64,000 nucleotides of DNA. Origin: an uncultured Duodenibacillus sp. (lineage in GTDB: Bacteria; Pseudomonadota; Gammaproteobacteria; Burkholderiales; Burkholderiaceae_F). The translations under genes and the position numbers were made by a program. Position 1 is the stretch's first letter. Each line of letters begins with the position of its first letter. The stretch spans positions 21,467 through 85,466 of the forward strand of contig CALXQS010000007.1 of assembly GCA_944390715.1 (NCBI GenBank). The letters run 5' to 3'. The notes under the pieces are model-generated. The model made no database searches. It saw only the letters and a program-made list of their open reading frames with translations, and was not told the DNA's origin. This document shows positions 19,499-29,215 of the stretch, piece by piece.

Positions 19499-19664
19499 GA
19501 TGTTTTTCTCCTCGTGTTGATGCGAGATGCATGTGACTGACGCAAGAATGCTTTTGTGAAAAAGAAAAGCGTCGGACATACGTTCAGTCTTGCCGAAAAG
19601 AAAAACTTTTGCTCTTTAAAAAGGAAAATATAATTTGTGAAATCAACAAATTAAATTTATTGCA

Positions 19665-20624
19665 ATGGCTCGAAGCGCAACGGAAAATTTGACGGCCTGG
19701 AAGCTTTTGCTCTCGCTTGCTCAAGGGGGTGGAATTTCCGAGGCTGCCTTCAGTGCTGGGATGGATATCGCGGCCTGCTCAAGACTGCTGCGCCGGCTTG
19801 AGGATGAGCTCGGATTCAAATTGATCGATCATTTCAGCCGACCGGCCAAGCTTACGCAGGAGGCTGTCTCGATCCTGCCTGCCGTGGCGGGCTTTGCGGC
19901 AAGCTTTGATCGTCTGCAAAGCGCCTGCAGCGCATGCCGAAGCGTTCCGCTTGCGATCCATCTCGGAATTCCGGTGAATGTCGCGCGGCGAGGCTTGTCG
20001 GCCGTTCTCAAAGAGTACGAAAAGATTGATCCGGCCATGCAGTTTGTGACGGTTTCTGATGCTGATCATGAAGACGTTCTTGACGGCAAAGCTGATGTTG
20101 CCTATTTGCCGTACCGCCCTTCGGCCGAAGGATTGATGTTGTGGCGCATCAATGAAATCGGCAATTGCTTGCTGGCAAGCCCCGCGTATCTTGCTCGCTG
20201 CGGCGTCCCGAAGCATCCCCGCGATTTGATTCGACACTCGATCATTGTGCGATCAGGGCGTCACTATCCGGTAACCAGGCAGCTTGAGTGCGAAGAGCAG
20301 CGCGTGCCGTTGATGAGCGCCCGAGTCGCTTTCAGCGGCGATGTTCCATCCGGCCGCGAGGCTCTTTTGGCCGGCGAAGGCATTGCCATAGATTTTTCTT
20401 TTCATGCTTTTCAGGCGGAAATCGAGGCTGGGCTCGTACAGGTTGTTATGCCCGGCTGGCACCGACCGGCGTGGCTCATGACGCTGGCCGTCTCGCGCTC
20501 GAGTATGAGCAATACGCGATTGATGAGCTTTTGCCGGTGGTTTGCTGCGCATGAGGCGCGAGCCTCAAGAATTCGCGCGCAGGAAGTCCGTGAATATGTG
20601 GCGAAGATAAAAAGTCGTGATTGA
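19665..20624 (+). CDS. LysR-family transcriptional regulator
   Basis: HTH (ISEAAF..ACSRLLRRLEDELGFKLI..RPAKLTQ), LASPAYLARCGVPKHPRDL effector domain; divergent from the flavoprotein. Confidence 0.85.
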   Translation: MARSATENLTAWKLLLSLAQGGGISEAAFSAGMDIAACSRLLRRLEDELGFKLIDHFSRPAKLTQEAVSILPAVAGFAASFDRLQSACSACRSVPLAIHLGIPVNVARRGLSAVLKEYEKIDPAMQFVTVSDADHEDVLDGKADVAYLPYRPSAEGLMLWRINEIGNCLLASPAYLARCGVPKHPRDLIRHSIIVRSGRHYPVTRQLECEEQRVPLMSARVAFSGDVPSGREALLAGEGIAIDFSFHAFQAEIEAGLVQVVMPGWHRPAWLMTLAVSRSSMSNTRLMSFCRWFAAHEARASRIRAQEVREYVAKIKSRD

Positions 20625-20730
20625 CGTCGATTTCGCAGCGCATTTGTAGTACTTTGTGCAGCAAGCACGTTCGGCAATTTGATAGCTGAGCGAGAAAACA
20701 AGCAATTGTCTTAAGCAATGGGAGCAGATC

Positions 20731-22086
20731 ATGGCATCTACAGCAATCGACAGCGTGGTGCATGGGTATTTGTTTAGTACCGACGAGATGCGCAGAATTT
20801 GGTCTGATGCATCTTGGGTGCAGAAATGGCTTGATGTTGAAGCCGCTTTGGCCAAGGCGCAGGGCGAGCTGGGCATTATTCCTGCTGACAAGGCGCACGC
20901 CATTGTGCAGCACGCCGACGCGGCTCTTTTGGATTTGCCGGCAATCGGCGAGTATTTCAAAAGCTCGATTACGCTGGTGCCGCTGCTGAAGGCATTCAAG
21001 GAGGCGCTGCCCGGAGATGTCGGAGAGTTCGTGCACTGGGGCGCAACCAGTCAGGACGTCATGGATACGGCGCTGGTGCTGCTCGAACGGGAGTCTCATC
21101 AAATCATTTTGCGCGACATGAAGGCTTGCCTGAGGCACGCTCTGGAGCTGGCACGGAAGTACCGCAATACGGTTATGGCCGGTCGCACGCATGTCGTGCA
21201 TGCCATTCCGATTACCTTCGGCTATAAGGCGGCGGTTTGGGCCGATGAGCTCGGCCGGGGGATTGAGCGTCTCGAAGAGATCGGCAAGCGCCTTTTTGTC
21301 GGCGAGATGTCCGGCGCTGTTGGAACGCTCGCCTCTCAACCCGACAAGGGGCTTGAGACGCAAGAGCGCGTGATGCAGATTCTGGGGCTCGGGACGCCCG
21401 TCATAGCCTGGCACGTCGCGCGCGACAATCAGGCTGAATTCATCAGCGTGCTGGCGTTGTGCGCAGGTACGCTCGGGCGCATCAATCATGAGATCTTTAC
21501 GCTGCAGCGCACGGAAATTTTGGAGCTCGAAGAGCCATTTTTCGCGGGCAAGGTCGGCTCCTCGACGATGCCGCACAAGCGCAACCCGGCAGTGCTCGAA
21601 AACGTGCTTGCGCTGTGCCGCGGCGTGCGCAGCATCGCGCCTTTGATGACCGAGGCGATGATTAATGAAAATGAACGCGATTGGTCGTGCTTTATTTCGG
21701 AATGGGAGGCGATTCCGCGCGCCTGCCATATGATGGGCGGCGCTTTGCAAAAGACAAAAAATATTCTCGAAAACCTCATCGTCTATCCTGAGCATATGGA
21801 GCGCAATCTCAATGCGCAAAAAGGTCTGATGATGAGCGAGTGCGTGATGATGCATCTTGCCGCCAAGCTCGGACGCTACACGGCGCATGACATCGTCTAC
21901 GAAGGCTGCATGAAGGCCTATGAGCAGGAGGTGCCGCTGAAGGATGTCTTGATGACGATGCCGGAGGTGACGGAAAATTTCTCTGCAGAAGAAGTCGAGC
22001 GGATGCTCGACGCACACAGCTATCTTGGTCGCGCGACGGAATTTGTGGATCGCGTAGAGGCCAGATGGTCGGCCAAAGCCGTTTAG
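20731..22086 (+). CDS. Adenylosuccinate lyase/fumarase superfamily lyase (PurB/PcaB/2SL-like)
   Basis: VHWGATSQDVMDT, GRTHVVHA, signature GSSTMPHKRNP. Confidence 0.85.
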   Translation: MASTAIDSVVHGYLFSTDEMRRIWSDASWVQKWLDVEAALAKAQGELGIIPADKAHAIVQHADAALLDLPAIGEYFKSSITLVPLLKAFKEALPGDVGEFVHWGATSQDVMDTALVLLERESHQIILRDMKACLRHALELARKYRNTVMAGRTHVVHAIPITFGYKAAVWADELGRGIERLEEIGKRLFVGEMSGAVGTLASQPDKGLETQERVMQILGLGTPVIAWHVARDNQAEFISVLALCAGTLGRINHEIFTLQRTEILELEEPFFAGKVGSSTMPHKRNPAVLENVLALCRGVRSIAPLMTEAMINENERDWSCFISEWEAIPRACHMMGGALQKTKNILENLIVYPEHMERNLNAQKGLMMSECVMMHLAAKLGRYTAHDIVYEGCMKAYEQEVPLKDVLMTMPEVTENFSAEEVERMLDAHSYLGRATEFVDRVEARWSAKAV

Positions 22087-22095
22087 AAAATAGGC

Positions 22096-23721
22096 ATGAA
22101 AAGGCTTTTGTCCCGAAGCGCGCTTTTGGGGCTCGAGGTTTTTCTGATCGGCTCTGTGCCGCTTGCGGCCTTTGCCATGAGCTTTCTTCATGACAAGGTG
22201 TTGTCCGAGCTGATGCCCGGCAGGCTCTCCTATGAAGATCTCGATGAAGCCTCTTTTGCGGCGCAGCTCGACGAACAAGCGCCAAGCCGCTTGGTGATTG
22301 TTTCGTCTGAAGACGGCGTGATGTCGGTGCGCGTCTTTGCGAGCTCTCCGGCTGCTCAGAGAAGTCTTGTTCTTTGTGCAGATCCTGCTGCTGGGGCACT
22401 TGCTCAAGTGCGGGCAGAGGACTACGCAGGCGCGGCCGAAGGACTTCAAAGGCCGTCGGCCAAGAGCGGATTTCAGGAAATCTACCGAGCCTTTATTGCC
22501 GACAGCGACGTGCTCATGATGCAAAGCGCCCGCAACACGGCAGCCGTAGGAAACTTCTTTGATCCTGCTGAGTCTCGGCTGGCTGAGGGGGAATCTGGTT
22601 TTATTTGGTTTGTCAGACACGATGAAAAGGGGGCGCCGCAGGTGCGCATTCGTCCTGCCAAGGCTGTGTATGCAGGCATTGCAAATGTGATGCACACGCA
22701 GGATGCGGGGCAGTTCGGAGAGATGTTTTCCTACGGCGTGAATGCAAGCACCATGACGCATTTGTCGGTGTCGTCAGATGCGTCGGACTGGCGGCGGATC
22801 AAACTGAAGTTTTCTTCTCAAAAGGCGAGCGCCTTGGTCGACGAGGCCGGCGGGTTCGGTCTGCATACCAACGCAAATTTTTCATCATTTTTGTCGGCAC
22901 GAAACATTCCCGGCATTCGCGATTATTCGGAAAATCCAGGCTGGCACTGGGAGCTGACTCCTTGGTCGCTGCAGTACAGCTACGGAGGCGTTCGGGCCTC
23001 CGATGCTTCGGGCGGCGATGCGGTGCTGCGCGCTCTGGCCGTGATGGGTCCGGATCAAGAGTGGGTCTTCAAGGGCTATGTCACTGCTTCGCACGAAAAT
23101 CTTCAGAATTTTTATGCCGCACAAAGCGCGACGTCGTCGCTTTTCGGTGCTGGCATGTCTGTGCGGCGGGATTTTGCAAAAAATACGCACTTTAGACTTC
23201 GTGCCGACTATGGGTATGCCAGCGCCGAGCGCAGCTGGTCCTCGACAAAAGCTGACGATGACGATCCGCTGGCTTTGCAGTACTTGTATGGGGAGGCCCT
23301 TTTGGGGGCGGAGCTGCCTTGGGGGAGACTGCATGCTGTCGGCGCAGAGCTTGCCGGCGGCTGGCTTAAGGTGGAGCAGCTTGGCGCGGGCAGCAGCGAA
23401 GCCTCTGATGCGAAGCGTCTGGCTGGCGCATTCTTTGCCAAAACCTATTGGAACAGCACCTTTAGGCTTGCTCGCATGGATTGGACGACAAGCGCGCATT
23501 TATCCGCCACCTACCTGACGGATCCTTCCTTTGCTTCGGAGTTTGAGTATCTCAATCGACGCTTCGGCAGCTACGACGAAAAAAACAGACTGTATGCCAG
23601 AGCCGGGTTCGGCATCGGGCTTGAGCGCAAATATTGGTCGCTCAAGCTCGATGCTTCTCAGGAGCGCTCCGGCGAGTATGCAGGATATGCATTGAGCACT
23701 TCAGCTCAGTGGCGGTTTTAG
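22096..23721 (+). CDS. Putative autotransporter-like outer-membrane protein
   Basis: Signal peptide; C-terminal ~290 aa of alternating amphipathic strands ending YALSTSAQWRF (beta-signal). Confidence 0.55.
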   Translation: MKRLLSRSALLGLEVFLIGSVPLAAFAMSFLHDKVLSELMPGRLSYEDLDEASFAAQLDEQAPSRLVIVSSEDGVMSVRVFASSPAAQRSLVLCADPAAGALAQVRAEDYAGAAEGLQRPSAKSGFQEIYRAFIADSDVLMMQSARNTAAVGNFFDPAESRLAEGESGFIWFVRHDEKGAPQVRIRPAKAVYAGIANVMHTQDAGQFGEMFSYGVNASTMTHLSVSSDASDWRRIKLKFSSQKASALVDEAGGFGLHTNANFSSFLSARNIPGIRDYSENPGWHWELTPWSLQYSYGGVRASDASGGDAVLRALAVMGPDQEWVFKGYVTASHENLQNFYAAQSATSSLFGAGMSVRRDFAKNTHFRLRADYGYASAERSWSSTKADDDDPLALQYLYGEALLGAELPWGRLHAVGAELAGGWLKVEQLGAGSSEASDAKRLAGAFFAKTYWNSTFRLARMDWTTSAHLSATYLTDPSFASEFEYLNRRFGSYDEKNRLYARAGFGIGLERKYWSLKLDASQERSGEYAGYALSTSAQWRF

Positions 23722-23747
23722 ATGCGCCGCTGAGCCAAAGAGCGTGA

Positions 23748-25145
23748 TCAGGCGAAGAATCCTCTTAAGCCGTAGATGAAGATGGCGATGATGACCAGCG
23801 GAATCGCATAGCGCACAAGGCCGTACCACAGTCCCGTCATCTTGTGCGGCAGCTCGCCGCCGTTGTCGATTTCTTCGAGCGCCTCATGCTTCATGACCCA
23901 GCCGACAAAAAGCGTGGCGCCAAGCGCTGTGAGCACAAAGCAGATGTTGCCGCTGACAAAGTCAAAGGCATCAAAAATATTTCTGTCCAGAATGCGCACG
24001 TCGCGCCAGGGACCGTAGGTAAGGATGCAGGGGATGTTTCCAAAAACAAAAATTGCGCCCAGCGTCAGGTTGATGGCTTCCCTTAAACTTGCCCGCAGCC
24101 GTTCGACCAACACGCAGATGATGACCTGATAGATGGTCAGCGACGTCGTAAGCGCTGCAACAACAAGCAGCACGAAGAACACGATGGCAAAGAAGTTGCC
24201 GAAGGGCATTTCAGAAAAAGCAATCGGCAGCGACTTGAAGACAAGCGAAGGACCGGAGTCGGGGGCCAGGTGCGCGCTAAACAGCGACGGGAAGATCATA
24301 AAGCCTGCCATCACGGCCACAAGCGTGTTGACAACGCCGGTGATGACGGCGGTTTTAACCATGTCTTCCTGCCGGTTGAGGTGCGACGAAAGCGTGATCA
24401 TGACGCCGAATCCGAGCGAGAGCGCAAAGAAGACCTGCCCGAGGACGTCCAGAAGAAGCTTGGGCGTGATTTTGGAGAAGTCCGGCGTCAGGTAAAAGCG
24501 CACGCCTTCGGCGGCATTGTCAAGCGTGAGATTGCGGATCACCATGATCAGCAGACACAAGAACAGCAGCGGCATCAAATATTTGACGGAGCGCTCAATG
24601 CCGCTGATGATGCCTTTTCTGAGAATGATCCAGTTGATGAATACGAAAAAGAGCGTGCAGCAGGCAATGGCAAAGGGAGAATTTTCAATGCTCTCGACGT
24701 AAAAGCTCTCGGTGATTTCCTTTGTGATGGGGCTTGAAAGGTCCAAGCCGCTTGAGAAGCCGGCCGCACCGAGCAGGATGTGCCAGATATAGGAAAAGAC
24801 CCAGCCGCCGATCACCATGTAGTAGGCAAGAATGCCGAAGGCGCCTATGAGGCCCATGTAGCCGAAGATCTTCCACAGGGGGCTGGCCTTTCGTGCAGGG
24901 TCTCGAACAGCCAGCGCAAAGGCATCCACGCTGTTGGCCTGCGCTCTGCGGCCGATGACGTTTTCAACAAGAATGATCGGGATGCCGACGAGCATCATCA
25001 CGGCAATGAATGTCAGCACATATGCACCGCCGCCGTTTTCACCGACAAGATAAGGAAAGCGCCACGTGGCGCCAAAGCCGATCGTTGCGCCGGCTACAGT
25101 CAGAATATAGGTTAAGCGGCTTGACCAGGTCTGGCGTGTACTCAC
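23748..25145 (-). CDS. Sodium-dependent transporter (NSS/SNF family)
   Basis: GATIGFGATWRFPYLVGENGGGAY, GQVFFALSLGFG; GTG start with GGAG SD. Confidence 0.92.
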   Translation of the reverse strand: MSTRQTWSSRLTYILTVAGATIGFGATWRFPYLVGENGGGAYVLTFIAVMMLVGIPIILVENVIGRRAQANSVDAFALAVRDPARKASPLWKIFGYMGLIGAFGILAYYMVIGGWVFSYIWHILLGAAGFSSGLDLSSPITKEITESFYVESIENSPFAIACCTLFFVFINWIILRKGIISGIERSVKYLMPLLFLCLLIMVIRNLTLDNAAEGVRFYLTPDFSKITPKLLLDVLGQVFFALSLGFGVMITLSSHLNRQEDMVKTAVITGVVNTLVAVMAGFMIFPSLFSAHLAPDSGPSLVFKSLPIAFSEMPFGNFFAIVFFVLLVVAALTTSLTIYQVIICVLVERLRASLREAINLTLGAIFVFGNIPCILTYGPWRDVRILDRNIFDAFDFVSGNICFVLTALGATLFVGWVMKHEALEEIDNGGELPHKMTGLWYGLVRYAIPLVIIAIFIYGLRGFFA

Positions 25146-25522
25146 CTGAAATTCTCCCGAAGAATCGTTGTTGTTGTGTTCGACGAGGTCGAGCCGTCCG
25201 TTGTGGAAGGCTCTGCTGTCTTTGCCTCTTTTCTGCCAGAGAACAAACGTTGCGGAAAACGTCGTGAGTTTTCTCTGGATGTTCCTTAAAGTTTCAGAGG
25301 ATAACCCACTAGTGTAATCCTTACTGCTGTTTAAAGGCTTAAGTGCAAGAAAAAAGATTGGAAAAAAGATTTCGCGGCTCGAGCCAAAAATGCGCACGAC
25401 GGCAATAGAGAAGCCTCAACAGCGGGCTTTGACGAAAACTTTCCAGCTGCAAAGAGAGCACGTGCAAATCAACTTTTCGCTTGCCTGCAAAAAACAAAGC
25501 TGACTTGATCAATGGCTGCGGC

Positions 25523-26380
25523 TTAGTGTTTGGCATGCGTGTTTCGAAACATAAGCGGCGTCATGCCGAGGTGACGAACGACGTAGCGGGAGAAGTATGA
25601 AGCCGAACAAAAAGAGAAGTCTTCAGCAATCTTTTGTATCGGCAGCTCTTTGCGGATTAAGAGCGAGGCTATTTCCTGCACCGTAAAAAGATCAATGAAG
25701 TAGCTTGCGCTGCGGCCGCTTGCACGTCGACAAATTTCAGACAGGTAGTGCGGCGTGACGAAGAGCTTTTGCGCATACCACTCAAGATTGCGGTGCTGCC
25801 GAAAGCTTCCTTTGGAGAGTTCTTCTGTAAAGCGGCGCAGCAGCACGGCTGCCCGATCAGCAAAATGCGCCTGCGGATGCGTTTGAGCGTGAATGGCGTA
25901 AAGATCAAGGATGTGCGCGGCAAGCAGGTGTTCGATCAGTTCATCGTAAAAAGGATGCTCATGTTCTGATAAGCGTCGCTGCAGCTGCTCGACATCTTTG
26001 CAGCATCGAGAAAAGGCGGCAGGCGACAGGCGCATCACGGGATTTTGCAGCAGAGACAGATGCCCGATGATGCCGTAATTTGATCGCAGGGCGACTTTGT
26101 TGACTGCTTGCGTCGACAAGGAAAACATTAATCCGGCGTAGTCGCCGGAAACGGCGAAGTCACGCACCAAGGCCGCATTCGGAAGAATGACGTAGTCGCC
26201 GACCGTGACGTTGTAGCGTGTGATTCGGTGCTGAAAGCTCAAGCTTCCGGCTGTCGGCAGCAGATGCAGAATGCGGGTTGTGGAGGTCATCTCCAGCAGA
26301 TCTGAAACTGAGTTGTGAAAACACACGAGTTCTTTTCCGGCTGCTGCGGGCGCGCAAGGAACGATTGACGTAATGGGCAT
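25523..26380 (-). CDS. AraC-family transcriptional regulator
   Basis: C-terminal HTH (YAQKLFVTPHYLSEICR..IQKIAEDFSFCSASYFSRY); start uncertain. Confidence 0.8.
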   Translation of the reverse strand: MPITSIVPCAPAAAGKELVCFHNSVSDLLEMTSTTRILHLLPTAGSLSFQHRITRYNVTVGDYVILPNAALVRDFAVSGDYAGLMFSLSTQAVNKVALRSNYGIIGHLSLLQNPVMRLSPAAFSRCCKDVEQLQRRLSEHEHPFYDELIEHLLAAHILDLYAIHAQTHPQAHFADRAAVLLRRFTEELSKGSFRQHRNLEWYAQKLFVTPHYLSEICRRASGRSASYFIDLFTVQEIASLLIRKELPIQKIAEDFSFCSASYFSRYVVRHLGMTPLMFRNTHAKH

Positions 26381-26519
26381 TTGATTGAAAAACCACGAAA
26401 AGTGACATTTTCTCTTCGATTTGAATCTTTTCAAGTGTACCTATGCTTTTTAGCATTCAACAGCAAGCGGAAAGGACAAAACTGCACCTGGCCGGCTTTC
26501 AAATATGGGGAACTTGAAA

Positions 26520-27368
26520 ATGAGAGAAGTACGTTTAAACAACGGCGTCGTCATGCCCTCAATTGGTTTTGGCGTCTATCAGATTCCGAAAAACGATACC
26601 AAGCGGTGCGTGCTTGATGCGCTGGAAGTTGGCTACCGCATGATCGATACGGCTGCAAGCTACTTCAATGAGAAAGAGGTAGGCGAGGCTGTGCGTGAAA
26701 GCGGCCTGCCGCGTGAATCTGTGTTTGTGACAAGCAAGCTCTGGGTTCAGGACTACGAATACGAGGATGCACTCAAGGCGGCAGAAAAGTCTCTTGACGA
26801 GCTTGGACTTGAATACATTGATCTGTATCTACTTCACAAGCCGTACGGCAACTATTACGCCGCTTGGCGGGCTCTCGAGTCTCTTTACGAGCAAGGTCGA
26901 ATTCGCGCCATCGGCGTCACGAGCTTTTCTGATGAACGGCTTCAAGACTTGTATCTTCACAATAAGATCAAGCCTGCGGTCAATCAGATTGAAACGCATC
27001 CGTTTCGTCAGCAGCAAAAATCAAATGCCTTTTTAAAGGCCGAGGGCATTGTGCATGAGACTTGGGCGCCGTTTGCCGAGGGGCAAAGGGGAATTTTCTC
27101 CAATCCGGTTCTTGCCAAGATTGCAGCCGCGCACGGCAAAAGCATCGCTGCCGTTATCCTGAGATGGCTCAACCAACGCAGCGTTGTCGTGATTCCCAAG
27201 AGCGCCAAGCGTGAGCGCATGGTCGACAATTTCAATATTTTTGACTTTGCGTTGTCGACTGCTGAAATGCAAGAAATTGCCGCGCTCAACGAAGAAAAAA
27301 GTCCTATTTACGATGAAGCGGACCTAGCAACGGTTCGTGCCATCGGCCTGCATACCATTCATGAGTGA
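26520..27368 (+). CDS. Aldo/keto reductase (2,5-DKG reductase-like) 1
   Basis: LNNGVVMPSIGFGVYQ, DTAASY, TSKLW, LLHKP, NQIETHP, IPKS. Confidence 0.92.
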   Translation: MREVRLNNGVVMPSIGFGVYQIPKNDTKRCVLDALEVGYRMIDTAASYFNEKEVGEAVRESGLPRESVFVTSKLWVQDYEYEDALKAAEKSLDELGLEYIDLYLLHKPYGNYYAAWRALESLYEQGRIRAIGVTSFSDERLQDLYLHNKIKPAVNQIETHPFRQQQKSNAFLKAEGIVHETWAPFAEGQRGIFSNPVLAKIAAAHGKSIAAVILRWLNQRSVVVIPKSAKRERMVDNFNIFDFALSTAEMQEIAALNEEKSPIYDEADLATVRAIGLHTIHE

Positions 27369-27376
27369 GAGAGAAA

Positions 27377-28246
27377 ATGAAGACTGTAACGCTCAACAAC
27401 GGCGTCGAGATGCCGATTTTGGGTTTCGGCGTTTTTCAGGTTCCGCCGCAGGAGTGCGAAGCGGCAGTGCTCAACGCTTTTGAAGCCGGCTATCGCATGA
27501 TCGATACCGCCCAGGCCTACTACAACGAAGAAGGTGTGGGCCATGCGCTTAAAGCTTGCGGCTTGCCCCGCAAGGATGTGTTTTTGGTCACGAAAGTGTG
27601 GCTGACGAATGCTGGAGAGGAGAAGGCGGCAAAAAGCATTGACGAGTCTCTTGAAAAGCTCCAGAGCGACTACATTGACCTGCTGTTGATCCATCAGCCG
27701 TTTAGCGACTATGTTGGTACGTGGCGCGCTATGGAGCATGCGGTAAAGGAGGGCAAGGTTCGAGCCATTGGCCTGTCCAATTTCTATCCGGATCGGTTCG
27801 TTGATATGGCTGAGTACTCTACGATCAAGCCGGCCGTCAATCAGCTTGTCGCCAACGTGTTTAGTCAGCAATGGGATGCGCAAGCCGAGATGAAGCCTTA
27901 CGGCACGAGGCTGATGGCTTGGGGGCCGTTGGCGCAGGGCAATCCTGAGCTGCAAGATCACCCTTTGATGCAGAGGCTGGCTTCCAAATACGGCAAAACA
28001 CCTCAGCAGGTGGCGTTGCGCTATCTCATCGAACGAGACATTATCGCGATACCGAAGACTACGCACTTTGATCGGATGAAGCAAAACCTCGACGTGTTTG
28101 ACTTTGAGCTGACATCTGAAGAAATGCAGAGCCTTCGTGCATTGGACAGGCCGATCGATTTCCGCTGGTCGCATCGCAATCCGGAGTTGGTGAGGTTTTT
28201 GTGGAACTACGATAAAAACTTCAACCCGAAAAACCAAGCTGAGTGA
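27377..28246 (+). CDS. Aldo/keto reductase 2 (tandem paralog)
   Basis: LNNGVEMPILGFGVFQ, DTAQAY, VTKVW, LIHQP, IPKT. Confidence 0.92.
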   Translation: MKTVTLNNGVEMPILGFGVFQVPPQECEAAVLNAFEAGYRMIDTAQAYYNEEGVGHALKACGLPRKDVFLVTKVWLTNAGEEKAAKSIDESLEKLQSDYIDLLLIHQPFSDYVGTWRAMEHAVKEGKVRAIGLSNFYPDRFVDMAEYSTIKPAVNQLVANVFSQQWDAQAEMKPYGTRLMAWGPLAQGNPELQDHPLMQRLASKYGKTPQQVALRYLIERDIIAIPKTTHFDRMKQNLDVFDFELTSEEMQSLRALDRPIDFRWSHRNPELVRFLWNYDKNFNPKNQAE

Positions 28247-28639
28247 TCGGGCGAGAACCAGTGAAGACGAGAGACGACTGAAGGCATGCACGTCATCAGT
28301 CTTTTTTATTTGCTCAAATAATTTCGCGCAATGTTTTGGTGGCCGCAGAGAGATAAGAAAAGAATAATGAATTCTGAGAGTGGCTATTAAGTTTAGAAAA
28401 TGATGGCACTGTCGATTTTTTGGCGAGCGCGGCCGGTTCATGAGTTGGCTCTGGCTGCTGGCGAGTATTTTATTTGTCGTGCGGGTTGCTTTTGTCTGTG
28501 CTGTCGGGCTTTCGCGCGGATCAATAGGGACGGTCCCTTCTGGTTTGCTGTTTTAGATATGCATGATCGGAGTGAAGACGCTTCTTGACGAATGGATAGC
28601 GAGCGCAATCAGGCGGCATGTCAAGTGTGTAAAAACGAC

Positions 28640-28670
28640 AAAAAACCGCGCAGATTTTGGCTGCGCGGTT
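28640..28670 (-). terminator. Intrinsic terminator after tRNA-Thr
   Basis: 10-bp stem aaccgcgcag/ctgcgcggtt plus a minus-strand U-tract. Confidence 0.8.
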
Positions 28671-28677
28671 GAAATTT

Positions 28678-28753
<76 letters not shown>

Positions 28754-28777
28754 AGGTCGCGTGATTTTACCGAATGA

Positions 28778-29188
28778 TTACAGCTTCGTAAAGGTTGGAA
28801 GATCATCATCGTCTTCGGATTTGCTTTCCGTGGGCTTGGTCTCATAAACCGGGAAATAGCTTACCAAGTCGGTGTTCTCCTTGGGGTAGATGGCAGCTAC
28901 GCGGCCGACAGGAATATAGATGCTGCGAATGCCTTCGCCGAATCTGGCCTGAAATGAGACAGCCTCTGAGTCAATTTCAAGATCTTTGGTAGCCTCTTCC
29001 GAGACGCACAGCACAATCGTGTTGTCGGGGTTGACGAATTCACGCGGCACGCGCGTGGCGTCATCGACGCTCACGAGCATGTAAGGCGTATAGCCTTCAT
29101 TTTCGCACCAATCAAGAAGCGCCTGCAGGAGGTAGGGCTTGAAGCTGGGCTGCGACAACGGAAGCACAATCGTGCTGTTGTTTTCCAT
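28778..29188 (-). CDS. sspB: ClpXP specificity-enhancing factor
   Basis: KPYLLQALLDWCENEGYTPY, FQARFG, IPVGRVAAIYPKE; downstream of sspA. Confidence 0.9.
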   Translation of the reverse strand: MENNSTIVLPLSQPSFKPYLLQALLDWCENEGYTPYMLVSVDDATRVPREFVNPDNTIVLCVSEEATKDLEIDSEAVSFQARFGEGIRSIYIPVGRVAAIYPKENTDLVSYFPVYETKPTESKSEDDDDLPTFTKL

Positions 29189-29215
29189 AACAAATTCCAT
29201 TCGTGCCAAAACTCA

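Noticed and set aside
20476-22761. 761-aa minus-strand ORF and other long antisense ORFs (7635-8525, 8562-9419, 27359-28441, 32279-34111, 39409-40170, 46524-47528, 49052-50026, 50819-51937, 63347-63985)
   Set aside because: Each fully shadows a motif-supported gene on the opposite strand and has no motifs; expected from GC-biased codon usage
25146-25522. Long leader of the NSS transporter with an 8-bp stem (ccagagaa/ttctctgg)
   Set aside because: A single modest stem with no riboswitch consensus; compatible with chance
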